Origin: Candidatus Nanopelagicales bacterium
Lineage (GTDB): Bacteria; Actinomycetota; Actinomycetes; Nanopelagicales; Nanopelagicaceae
DNA: 47,304 nucleotides
Assembly (NCBI GenBank): GCA_041311445.1
Contig: JBFYJK010000085.1
Location: 1 to 47,304 of the forward strand
Reading direction: 5' to 3'
In this document: positions 10,242 to 19,107 of the stretch, piece after piece
Layout of the letters: each line of letters begins with the position of its first letter
Position numbering within the stretch: the stretch's first letter is position 1
Notes under the pieces: model-generated
The model's input: only the letters and a program-made list of their open reading frames with translations
The model's database searches: none
Told to the model about the DNA's origin: nothing
Program-made: the position numbers and the translations under genes

Positions 10242-11315
10242 ATGGGAGGAAAATTGAAGAAGTTCACACGTATTGCTTCAGTTGCTCTTGCAGCAACAAT
10301 GGCAACCGTAGGCTTTATCGCAGCTCCAGCAGATGCAGCATCAAAGGTAAAAGTTGGTATTGCATATGACATCGGAGGCCGCGGAGATAAGTCTTTCAAC
10401 GACTCAGCAGCAGCTGGTCTAGATCGTGCAAAGAAGAAGTTTGGCGTTTCATCTAAGGAAATCACTGTTACACAGGGAACTGACTCAGAGCGCACAGACA
10501 AGCTACGTCTTCTTGCTAAGGCTGGATACAGCCCGATCATCGCAATTGGTTTCTTATACGCAGGTCCTGTAACAACTGTTGCTCAGGAATTCCCAAACAC
10601 ACAGTTCGGAATTGTTGACGATGCATCTGTTGCAGCACTTAACGTAACATCAATGGTTTTCGCTGAAGAGCAGGGTTCATACCTTGCAGGTGTAGCAGCA
10701 GCTCTTGCTTCAAAGTCAGGCAAGATCGGTTACATCGGTGGCGTTCGTATTCCACTACTTCAGAAGTTCGAAGCAGGTTTCGTTGCAGGTGTTAAGGCAA
10801 CTAAGAAGTCAGCATCAGTTGACGTTAAGTACGTAACTGAATTCCCTGATTTCTCAGGTTTCAATGACCCAGCTAAGGCGAAGGTTATTGCTAAGGGCAT
10901 GATCGACAAGGGTGCTGACGTAATTTACTCAGCAGCTGGTGGATCAGGCGCAGGTAACTTCCAGGCTGCGACAGATGCAGCTTCAGCAGGCAAGAAGGTC
11001 TGGACAATTGGTGTTGACTCTGATCAGTACCTAACAGCTTCTTCAGCTGAAAAGAAGAACATGTTGACTTCTATGACCAAGCGCGTTGATAACGCTGTTT
11101 ATGACGTTATCTCAAACGCTGTTTCAGGTCGTACAGTTAACGACATTCTTGATGCTAAGGCTGGTATCTATGGACGTCGCTACGACCTAACAAACGGTGG
11201 CGTTGGCGTTTCATACTCTGGCGGTTACATCACCAAGTACAAGGCTCAGATCGATGCAGCAGCTGCAAAGATCAAGAGCGGTGCAATTAAGGTTCCATCA
11301 GTTCCAGGAAAGTAA
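10242..11315 (+). CDS. BMP/PnrA-family (nucleoside-type) ABC transporter substrate-binding protein
   Basis: 357 aa. Motifs KVGIAYDIGGRGDKSFND, GYIGG and VIYSAAGGSG. The N-terminal signal peptide ends ...APADA/AS and carries no lipobox cysteine. Confidence 0.9.
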   Translation: MGGKLKKFTRIASVALAATMATVGFIAAPADAASKVKVGIAYDIGGRGDKSFNDSAAAGLDRAKKKFGVSSKEITVTQGTDSERTDKLRLLAKAGYSPIIAIGFLYAGPVTTVAQEFPNTQFGIVDDASVAALNVTSMVFAEEQGSYLAGVAAALASKSGKIGYIGGVRIPLLQKFEAGFVAGVKATKKSASVDVKYVTEFPDFSGFNDPAKAKVIAKGMIDKGADVIYSAAGGSGAGNFQAATDAASAGKKVWTIGVDSDQYLTASSAEKKNMLTSMTKRVDNAVYDVISNAVSGRTVNDILDAKAGIYGRRYDLTNGGVGVSYSGGYITKYKAQIDAAAAKIKSGAIKVPSVPGK

Positions 11316-11337
11316 TTCCCTGAAATAAAGTGTGACC

Positions 11338-11375
11338 AAAGTAGCCCGGTTAGGTTTTCCTAATCGGGCTACTTT
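11338..11375 (+). terminator. intercistronic hairpin (partial terminator or mRNA stabiliser) between the binding-protein and ATPase genes
   Basis: AAAGTAGCCCGGTTAGG-TTTT-CCTAATCGGGCTACTTT forms a 17-bp stem (16 Watson-Crick pairs plus 1 G-U) with a UUUU loop, followed by CTTTA. Confidence 0.6.
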
Positions 11376-11417
11376 CTTTAGTATTAGCAAAGTAATTACG
11401 CAGCAAAGGAGCAGTAA

Positions 11418-12923
11418 TTGTCAGTCTCAGTCGAACTAAGACATATCTCGAAGCGCTTTCCAGGCGTAGTCGCGAATAAGGATGTCTCGCTAAAGGTTCA
11501 GAGTGGCTCGGTACATGCTCTAGTCGGCGAAAACGGCGCCGGTAAATCAACCGTCATGAAGATTCTTTACGGAATGCAACGCCCAGATAGCGGCGAAATT
11601 CTAGTAAATGGAAAAGAAGTAAGCTTCAAGAGCGCTAACGAAGCGATCGAAACTGGTATCGGCATGGTGCATCAGCACTTTATGTTGGCCGACAACTTCA
11701 CAGTTTTAGAAAATATCATTCTTGGTTCAGAACCTAAGAAACATAGCCAAATTGATTTCGATGCGGCGCGCACAAAGATCAATGAGATGGCTGCAACTTA
11801 TGGCCTAGAGATTGATCCAGATGAATTAGTTGAGAACCTAGGCGTTGGACAACGTCAACGTGTTGAAATTTTGAAGGTGCTTTACCGCGGTGCAAATATT
11901 TTGATTTTCGACGAGCCAACTGCAGTGTTGGTTCCGCAGGAAGTCGATGATCTATTTGGCGCTTTGCATGGTCTTCGCGAGAAGGGAATGTCCGTCATCT
12001 TTATCTCTCACAAGCTTGATGAAGTCTTGCGAGTTGCAGACGAGGTTACAGTTATTCGCGCTGGTGCCACTGTTGCGGAAGTGAAATCAAAAGATGTAAC
12101 CGCGCAGAAACTTGCTGAGCTTATGGTGGGTTCTGAACTTCCAAAGCCAGAAACAAAGGGCAACACCAAACGCGACAATGTGGTTCTAGAACTTTCAAAT
12201 GTAACTGTGCCTTCAAAGGGCGCTCGTAACCTGCTCTCAGATATCTCATTCAAGCTACATGCCGGCGAAGTAATTGGTATTGCGGGCGTAGAAGGAAATG
12301 GCCAATCTGAACTAACAGAGACCATTTTGGGCCTCTTGGATTATGAAGGCGTAATTACCTTTGATAATTCAAATATTGATTCATTAAGTGTTGCAGATCG
12401 CCGCGATTTAGGAATTGGTTTTATCCCCGAAGATCGCCATCGCCAAGCTCTGATGCTCGGTTCACCACTTTGGGAGAATCGCATCCTTGGTTATCAGCGC
12501 AAGAAGCCAATCTTTAATGGATTTATCTTGGATAAGAAAGCAACCATCGAAGATACCCGCGCGATCATGCAGGAGTTCGATGTTCGTGCACCTGGTCCAA
12601 ATACTTTAGCCACTGCGCTATCAGGTGGTAATCAACAGAAATTTATCGTGGGCCGCGAAATGGTTCACGCGCCAAAACTCCTTGTGGCTTCACACCCAAC
12701 TCGTGGTGTGGACGTTGGTGCCCAAGGTGCGATTTGGGAAGAGCTTCGCAAGGCACGCGAAAATGGAATGGCTATCGTTCTAATTTCAGCTGACCTCGAA
12801 GAGTTAATTGGTATGTCAGACCGACTATTAGTAATGCTTCGCGGAGAAGTCACTGCAGAGCTAAATCCAGCCAACACCACGCCAGAGACGCTTGGCGCAG
12901 CGATGACAGGAGCAAAGAAGTGA
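11418..12923 (+). CDS. ABC transporter ATP-binding protein with two fused cassettes (nucleoside/sugar importer type)
   Basis: 501 aa. First cassette: GENGAGKST, LGVGQRQRVEILK, ILIFDEPT. Second cassette: LSGGNQQK. TTG start with AAGGAG 6 nt upstream. Confidence 0.92.
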   Translation: MSVSVELRHISKRFPGVVANKDVSLKVQSGSVHALVGENGAGKSTVMKILYGMQRPDSGEILVNGKEVSFKSANEAIETGIGMVHQHFMLADNFTVLENIILGSEPKKHSQIDFDAARTKINEMAATYGLEIDPDELVENLGVGQRQRVEILKVLYRGANILIFDEPTAVLVPQEVDDLFGALHGLREKGMSVIFISHKLDEVLRVADEVTVIRAGATVAEVKSKDVTAQKLAELMVGSELPKPETKGNTKRDNVVLELSNVTVPSKGARNLLSDISFKLHAGEVIGIAGVEGNGQSELTETILGLLDYEGVITFDNSNIDSLSVADRRDLGIGFIPEDRHRQALMLGSPLWENRILGYQRKKPIFNGFILDKKATIEDTRAIMQEFDVRAPGPNTLATALSGGNQQKFIVGREMVHAPKLLVASHPTRGVDVGAQGAIWEELRKARENGMAIVLISADLEELIGMSDRLLVMLRGEVTAELNPANTTPETLGAAMTGAKK

Positions 12924-14035
12924 GCCTTTCTCAGAAGTTCAACTCCAAGAAGATTGGCTTAGCTTTAGCAGCGCCAGTCTCAGCAGCTCTTGTTTCAATC
13001 GCAATCTCTTCGTTGGCGCTACTTGTAACCAAGAAGTCTCCAATCGAAGCATTCCGCACCATGTGGGAGTTTGGTTCAACTACCAGCTCAGTTATTGAAG
13101 CGCTCAATTCAGCGACTTCTTATTACATCGCAGCTATTGCAATCGCGATTACTTTCCGCGCCGGACTCTTTAATATCGGTGTCGAGGGACAGCTTCGCTT
13201 AGCGGCGCTCTTCTCAATGTACTTAGGCGCAATGTTCACCTTGCCACCAATCTTGCACGTATTGGCGATCTTCATTATCGCCATGACTGTCGGTGGGCTA
13301 TGGGCAGCAATTGCTGGTATTTTGAAGGTAAAACGCGGTATTAATGAGGTTATCTCCACAATTATGCTCAACAGCATTGCTGGTGGATTTAGCGCATTCT
13401 TATTCTCAACTTACTTCTCGGTTAAAGTCGAAGGTTCAAATAACCTTTCAACTGCAACACTTCCGGAATCAGCTTGGATGCCTAATTTATCTTTCTTAAC
13501 AAGCGGACTAGATAAGGCCGATACTCAAGGTCGTGCCATCTACGGAATGTTTGCCGTAGCAATCGTCTTAGGTGTTGCTTTCTGGTGGATCGTTAACCGA
13601 ACACGTTTTGGTTTCGAACTTCGCGCATCAGGTATTAATCCAATTGCAGCTCGCGTAAGTGGCGTTAACTCAAAGAAGATGATCGTGGTTGCGATGATTT
13701 CATCGGGTGCAATCGCAGGCCTCTCTGGACTTCCTACAATTCTTGCAGAGACTCATGCATACAACATGGGTTTCAGAGCAGGCCTTGGCTTCTCCGCAAT
13801 TGCAGTGGCGCTCCTTGGCCGCAACGGAGCAGTAGGTATGGCATTTGCTAGCTTGCTCTTCTCGTTCCTTGAAGTTTCATCACGTTCGCTCGAACTAATT
13901 GATATTGCGCCAGAAACATATTTCATCATGCAAGGTTCAATCTTGTTGAGCTCTGTAGTCGCTTATGAAGTTGTAAGTAGGTATCGCGTCAAAATTGTTT
14001 CTAATGATTTAGCAAAGGCGGTGGCTCATGCTTAA
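12920..14035 (+). CDS. ABC transporter permease (BMP-type importer)
   Basis: 371 aa polytopic protein. GTGA overlap with the ATPase stop. Typical first permease of BMP/ribose-type importers. Confidence 0.9.
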   Translation: MSLSQKFNSKKIGLALAAPVSAALVSIAISSLALLVTKKSPIEAFRTMWEFGSTTSSVIEALNSATSYYIAAIAIAITFRAGLFNIGVEGQLRLAALFSMYLGAMFTLPPILHVLAIFIIAMTVGGLWAAIAGILKVKRGINEVISTIMLNSIAGGFSAFLFSTYFSVKVEGSNNLSTATLPESAWMPNLSFLTSGLDKADTQGRAIYGMFAVAIVLGVAFWWIVNRTRFGFELRASGINPIAARVSGVNSKKMIVVAMISSGAIAGLSGLPTILAETHAYNMGFRAGLGFSAIAVALLGRNGAVGMAFASLLFSFLEVSSRSLELIDIAPETYFIMQGSILLSSVVAYEVVSRYRVKIVSNDLAKAVAHA

Positions 14036-15278
14036 TCTTTCTAAACTACATAAAGGTGCGCGTCTGGGTATCTACTCATTGGCACTCGTCTTTGGGCTGT
14101 CAACAATTCGCTTAATCACTGGCGCTTCAGATTTAACAAGCGTTGGTACTGCATCTGCAGCGCTATTACTTTCAGTGCCAATTGCGATGGCAGCACTCGG
14201 AGGTCTCTTCTCTGAACGCTCCGGCGTGGTAAATATCGGTCTTGAAGGCATGATGATTATGGGCGCATGGGGCGGCGGCTTTATTGGTTCCAAGCACGGC
14301 CCATGGGCTGGTTTAGTTGCGGGTATCTTCATGGGCGCAGTCGGAGCGTTAATTCACGCGATTGCGACCGTTGGTTTCGGCGTAGATCATGTCGTTTCAG
14401 GCGTGGCGGTAAACATCATTGCAGCCGGCTTGGTTCGCTACTTCTCAACCATTCTCTATAAGAACGGTTCATGGCTTGGACCATCACAATCTCCGGATGT
14501 GGAAGCTATCGGCACAAATGGTCTGCCGATCCTCTCTGGTGGAAATCTATTTGGCTGGCATAGCCCTGATCTCTTTGCAAAGATCGCATCAAAGAATTGG
14601 TTCTTCATCTCTGATCTCTTTGCGATTCTTCGTGGACTTACCGGTGAAGTTTCATATGTAACTATGATTGCAATGGCTTTAGTGCCACTTTCATATTGGT
14701 TCTTATGGCATACCGCATTTGGTCTACGTCTACGTTCTGCAGGCGAAGCCCCAACAGCGGCAGAGTCATTAGGTGTAAATGTTTACAAGATGAAATATGC
14801 AGGCGTACTTATTTCAGGTTCGTTTGCTGGCCTAGGCGGCGCATTCCTTGCAATCGTTGCTGCTAATCATTACCAAGAAGCGCAAACAGGTGGCCGTGGA
14901 TATATCGGTCTTGCTGCTTTGATCTTCGGTAACTGGCGTCCAGGTGGCTTGATGTCTGGAGCTGCGCTATTTGGTTTTGCTGATGCGCTGCAATTACGCG
15001 ATGCTGAAGCAGTGCACGCGCTTCTGATGTTAGTTGCAGTTGCAATGGTCGCCTTTGCAGTGATTAACATTCGCAAGAAGAAGTTCGCAACAGTTGCTGT
15101 CGGATTTGTATTGGCTGTCGCATCTATTGCTCTTTACTACGGTATCGATCAACTTCCAGGTCAGTTCGTAACAATGACTCCATATGTGATGACGCTGTTA
15201 GTGCTAAGCCTTGGTACTCAACGACTCCGTATGCCAGCAGCTGATGGCGTTCCTTATCGCCGTGGTGGCGGCAAGTAA
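14028..15278 (+). CDS. ABC transporter permease (BMP-type importer), second subunit
   Basis: 416 aa polytopic protein with an 8-nt overlap with the preceding permease. Confidence 0.9.
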   Translation: MLNLSKLHKGARLGIYSLALVFGLSTIRLITGASDLTSVGTASAALLLSVPIAMAALGGLFSERSGVVNIGLEGMMIMGAWGGGFIGSKHGPWAGLVAGIFMGAVGALIHAIATVGFGVDHVVSGVAVNIIAAGLVRYFSTILYKNGSWLGPSQSPDVEAIGTNGLPILSGGNLFGWHSPDLFAKIASKNWFFISDLFAILRGLTGEVSYVTMIAMALVPLSYWFLWHTAFGLRLRSAGEAPTAAESLGVNVYKMKYAGVLISGSFAGLGGAFLAIVAANHYQEAQTGGRGYIGLAALIFGNWRPGGLMSGAALFGFADALQLRDAEAVHALLMLVAVAMVAFAVINIRKKKFATVAVGFVLAVASIALYYGIDQLPGQFVTMTPYVMTLLVLSLGTQRLRMPAADGVPYRRGGGK

Positions 15279-15664
15279 TGCAGATTAACTGGGAAGAGAT
15301 TCATAAGGTAGCAATCTCAGCAATGAAGAAGGCATACGCGCCTTATTCAAAGTTTCCAGTAGGTGTTGCTGCACTTGTTGATGATGGTCGAATCATCGAA
15401 GGCTGCAACGTTGAAAATGCCTCATATGGCCTTGGATTATGCGCAGAATGTGGCTTAGTTTCAAACTTAGCAACTACTGGTGGCGGTAAGTTAATTGCGA
15501 TTGTCTGCGTTAGTGGAGATTCACAATATCTCGCACCATGCGGACGTTGTCGCCAATTGCTATTCGAACATGGCGGACCTGAAGCGCTATTAATGACTCC
15601 GGATGGACCACAAAAGATGTCAGAGATGCTCCCATGGGCATTTGGTCCTGACGATTTATTATGA
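15278..15664 (+). CDS. cdd: cytidine deaminase
   Basis: 128 aa with zinc ligand motifs GLCAECG and APCGRCRQLL. TAATG overlap with the permease stop. Confidence 0.93.
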   Translation: MQINWEEIHKVAISAMKKAYAPYSKFPVGVAALVDDGRIIEGCNVENASYGLGLCAECGLVSNLATTGGGKLIAIVCVSGDSQYLAPCGRCRQLLFEHGGPEALLMTPDGPQKMSEMLPWAFGPDDLL

Positions 15665-16941
15665 GCGAAAGATATTCCGCGCCAGAAATAATTGCGCTAA
15701 AACGTGATCACCATGTTTTGAATGATGATCAAATCGATTGGGTAGTAGATGCATATACCCGAGGTGTAGTTGCAGACGAACAGATGTCAGCACTCGCTAT
15801 GGCAATTCTGTTAAACGGAATGGAACGTCATGAAATCAGCCGTTGGACTGATGCAATGATCCGTAGCGGCGAACGTATGAATTGGTCGATGTTGAGCCAG
15901 CCAACTGTTGATAAACATTCAACCGGTGGCGTCGGCGACAAAATTACGCTTCCGTTAGTTCCGCTAGTTGCATCATGCGGCGCATCGGTGCCACAGCTTT
16001 CAGGTCGCGGACTTGGTCATACCGGCGGCACTTTGGATAAATTGGAATCCATTCCAGGTTGGCAAGCAGCGTTGTCCAATGAAGAGATGTTGCACGTTAT
16101 TCAAGAGACCGGTGGCGTTATCTGTGCTGCCGGAACCGGCTTAGCGCCAGCTGATAAGAAACTTTATGCGCTTCGCGATGTCACAGCAACAGTAGAAGCA
16201 ATTCCACTAATTGCATCTTCAATCATGAGCAAGAAGATTGCCGAAGGCACTGGATCGCTTGTTCTTGATGTGAAAACTGGTAGCGGTGCATTTATGAGCG
16301 ATCCTGCAAAGGCGCGCGAACTAGCAACTGTTATGGTTGAAATTGGTAAGAGCGCAGGTGTAAATATCCGCGCACTTATTACTGCAATGGATGTGCCACT
16401 TGGACTTACTGCTGGAAACGCGCTCGAAGTTCGCGAATCAGTTGAAGTCTTGGCAGGCGGTGGGCCGGCCGATGTTGTTGAGCTAACGGTCCTTTTGGCG
16501 CGTGAAATGCTCGAATTGGCAGGTATTTCTGGAGTGGACCCGGCAGATAATTTAAAGAACGGCAAAGCGATGGATCACTGGCGCCGAATGATTAAAGCGC
16601 AGAACGGTGATCCTGACGGCAAGCTTCCGGTTGCAAAAGAGAAATTAGTTATCAACGCCGAGTCATCTGGAACTGTTACACGTATGGATGCTCTTAAAGT
16701 TGGCGTCGCAGCTTGGCGTTTAGGTGCAGGTCGCGCAAAGCAAGGAGAAGCGCTTCAACTTGGCGCTGGAATAGAAATTCATGCGAAGCCAGGCGAAGTG
16801 GTTGTAAAGGGCCAACCGCTCTTTACTCTACATACTGATAAGCCTGAATTATTTACACGTGCAGAGGAATCTCTGCAAGGTGCAGTCGAATACGATTCTA
16901 ATTATCAACGTCTACCTTTAATCTTGGAGCGAATCGGTTGA
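15661..16941 (+). CDS. deoA: thymidine / pyrimidine-nucleoside phosphorylase
   Basis: 426 aa. Motifs HSTGGVGDK and LGHTGGTLDKLE. ATGA overlap with cdd. Confidence 0.95.
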   Translation: MSERYSAPEIIALKRDHHVLNDDQIDWVVDAYTRGVVADEQMSALAMAILLNGMERHEISRWTDAMIRSGERMNWSMLSQPTVDKHSTGGVGDKITLPLVPLVASCGASVPQLSGRGLGHTGGTLDKLESIPGWQAALSNEEMLHVIQETGGVICAAGTGLAPADKKLYALRDVTATVEAIPLIASSIMSKKIAEGTGSLVLDVKTGSGAFMSDPAKARELATVMVEIGKSAGVNIRALITAMDVPLGLTAGNALEVRESVEVLAGGGPADVVELTVLLAREMLELAGISGVDPADNLKNGKAMDHWRRMIKAQNGDPDGKLPVAKEKLVINAESSGTVTRMDALKVGVAAWRLGAGRAKQGEALQLGAGIEIHAKPGEVVVKGQPLFTLHTDKPELFTRAEESLQGAVEYDSNYQRLPLILERIG

Positions 16942-17945
16942 AATCCTTACCAAAAGTTTTATTGCACGATCATTTAGATGGCGGACTGCGACCTGAAACA
17001 ATTATTGAAATCGCAGAAGAGATTGGTTACAAGAACCTTCCAACGCATAAACCAACAGAGCTAGCTGATTGGTATCAGGATGCTTGTGACTCAGGTTCAC
17101 TTGTTAGATATCTAGAGACTTTCGACCACACTATTGCAGTGATGCAGCGCGAGCAGGACATGATCCGTGTCGCCAAGGAAGCGGTAATTGATTTAGCGAA
17201 CGATGGTGTTATTTATGCCGAAGTTCGTGTGGCTCCTGAACATTTCACCAAACAGGGAATGGTGCTTGAGCAAGTTGTCGAGGCGATGCTCGAAGGTTAC
17301 CGACTAGGTGAAGTTGAAACTGGATTAAAGGTAAATACGATTCTCTGCGGAATGCGCCAACTTGATATGTCGCAAACAGTGGCTGAACTGGTTGTTAAGT
17401 ATCGCGATAAGGGAGTTGTGGCCTTTGATATCGCGGGACCGGAAAAGGGTTTCCCACCAACTCTTCAGCAGGAAACTTTCGATTACTTAAAACGAAATGA
17501 AATTCCATTTACTATTCACGCGGGTGAAGCAGATGGCCCAGAATCAATTAATTTAGCGATAAATGCCTGTAGCGCAACGCGAATTGGCCATGGCGTTCGC
17601 ATTGTCGATGATCTACCTGATGGCGCAATCGCGAAGCAGGTCTTGGATCAGCAGATTCATCTTGAGGTCGCACCTACCTCAAATCTTCAAACTGGGGTTG
17701 CAGATACATATGCGCACCACCCAATTGAGCGGTTATTTGACCTCGGTTTCAATATTGGTATTAATACAGATAATCGCTTAATGAGCCGCACCAGCATGAG
17801 CCATGAATTTTCGGAATGTCAGAAGGCTTTTGGATGGGGCTTGGCGGAATTTAGAGAGTTAACTTTAAGCGCAATGAACGCGGCATTTATTGATGACAAG
17901 AGCGCATACTTGAAGCAGATTGGGGCTGGATATGATCAACTTTAA
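16938..17945 (+). CDS. add: adenosine deaminase
   Basis: 335 aa. Motifs LLHDHLDGGL, FTIHAGE and NTDNRLMS. The TTG start overlaps the deoA TGA. Confidence 0.92.
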   Translation: MKSLPKVLLHDHLDGGLRPETIIEIAEEIGYKNLPTHKPTELADWYQDACDSGSLVRYLETFDHTIAVMQREQDMIRVAKEAVIDLANDGVIYAEVRVAPEHFTKQGMVLEQVVEAMLEGYRLGEVETGLKVNTILCGMRQLDMSQTVAELVVKYRDKGVVAFDIAGPEKGFPPTLQQETFDYLKRNEIPFTIHAGEADGPESINLAINACSATRIGHGVRIVDDLPDGAIAKQVLDQQIHLEVAPTSNLQTGVADTYAHHPIERLFDLGFNIGINTDNRLMSRTSMSHEFSECQKAFGWGLAEFRELTLSAMNAAFIDDKSAYLKQIGAGYDQL

Positions 17946-19107
17946 TGATAAAGATTTCTTAGTTAATCCGTATCCGCATTTAGCAAAGTTACGCACTTCA
18001 GGAAAGCCGATCTGGCACGAAGAGACTCAAATGTTCTTGGCTGCCAATTATGATGATGCAAACGCGGTTTTGCGCAATAAAGCTCTCGGCCGTATTTTCA
18101 AACCAAGAACTCCAGAAACAGAATGGGATACATTCAACTGGTTGCATGCTGATTCAATTCTTGATTCCGAACCACCAAAGCACACACGTTTACGTGCGCT
18201 AGTCTCAAAAGCATTTAATAAGAACATCATCGAAAGCCAGCGAGATATCATCAATAAAATAGTTGATCAACTAATTCTTGAGATCAAAGCTAAAGGCGGC
18301 AACTGGGATTTAATCGCAGATTTCGCAGAACCGCTTCCAGTTAAAGTTATTGTGGCTATGCTCGGTTTCCCAGAAGAGGATGAGTACCTACTACGTCCAT
18401 GGTCTCAAGCAATCGTAAAGATGTACGAAGTAAATCCAAGTGCGGAAGTTCAGGCAGAGGCTAAGAAGGCGGCTGCAGAATTTGCGGCATATGTTCAGAA
18501 GCTTGCCGATGAACGCAAAGAGAAGCCTGGCAATGATCTGATCACCGATCTGGTACGCGTTGAAGAGCAGGGCGAGAAGTTAAATGCTCACGAATTGATT
18601 GCTACCTGCGTGCTCCTGCTCAATGCAGGCCATGAAGCGAGCGTAAATGGCTTTGGAAATGGGGCAGTGGCGCTGCTTGAACGCCCGGATCAATTTGAAC
18701 TTCTACGTAATAACCCGGATGGCTTAGCTGCAACCGCTATCGAAGAGTTTCTACGTTTCGATGCACCACTACATTTATTTGAACGAACCGCCACAGCTGA
18801 TACTGAAATCGGCGGAGTAGCGATCAAGAGCGGCCAGAAGATTGCATCGCTACTTGGTTCAGCTAATCGCGATGAGAACCATTTTGCGAATGCAGATCAG
18901 ATGGACATCACCCGCGATCCAAATCCACATATTGGCTTTGGCGCTGGCATTCACTTCTGTTTAGGAGGCCCATTGGCTCGCCTAGAGATGGGTATTGCGC
19001 TACCTAAGCTAGTTAAAGCTTTTCCGGATATGAAGTTGGCAAACGATCCAATTCGTCGCCCAACATTTGTTTTGCGCGGTTATGAAAAGGTAGAGATCTC
19101 TTCATAA
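17932..19107 (+). CDS. cytochrome P450 (soluble)
   Basis: I-helix LLNAGHEAS, EXXR (EEFLRFD) and Cys-heme loop FGAGIHFCLGGPLAR. ATG 17932 (MINFNDKDF...) overlaps the add stop by 14 nt. The ORF-track TTG 17920 is also possible. Confidence 0.9.
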   Translation: MINFNDKDFLVNPYPHLAKLRTSGKPIWHEETQMFLAANYDDANAVLRNKALGRIFKPRTPETEWDTFNWLHADSILDSEPPKHTRLRALVSKAFNKNIIESQRDIINKIVDQLILEIKAKGGNWDLIADFAEPLPVKVIVAMLGFPEEDEYLLRPWSQAIVKMYEVNPSAEVQAEAKKAAAEFAAYVQKLADERKEKPGNDLITDLVRVEEQGEKLNAHELIATCVLLLNAGHEASVNGFGNGAVALLERPDQFELLRNNPDGLAATAIEEFLRFDAPLHLFERTATADTEIGGVAIKSGQKIASLLGSANRDENHFANADQMDITRDPNPHIGFGAGIHFCLGGPLARLEMGIALPKLVKAFPDMKLANDPIRRPTFVLRGYEKVEISS

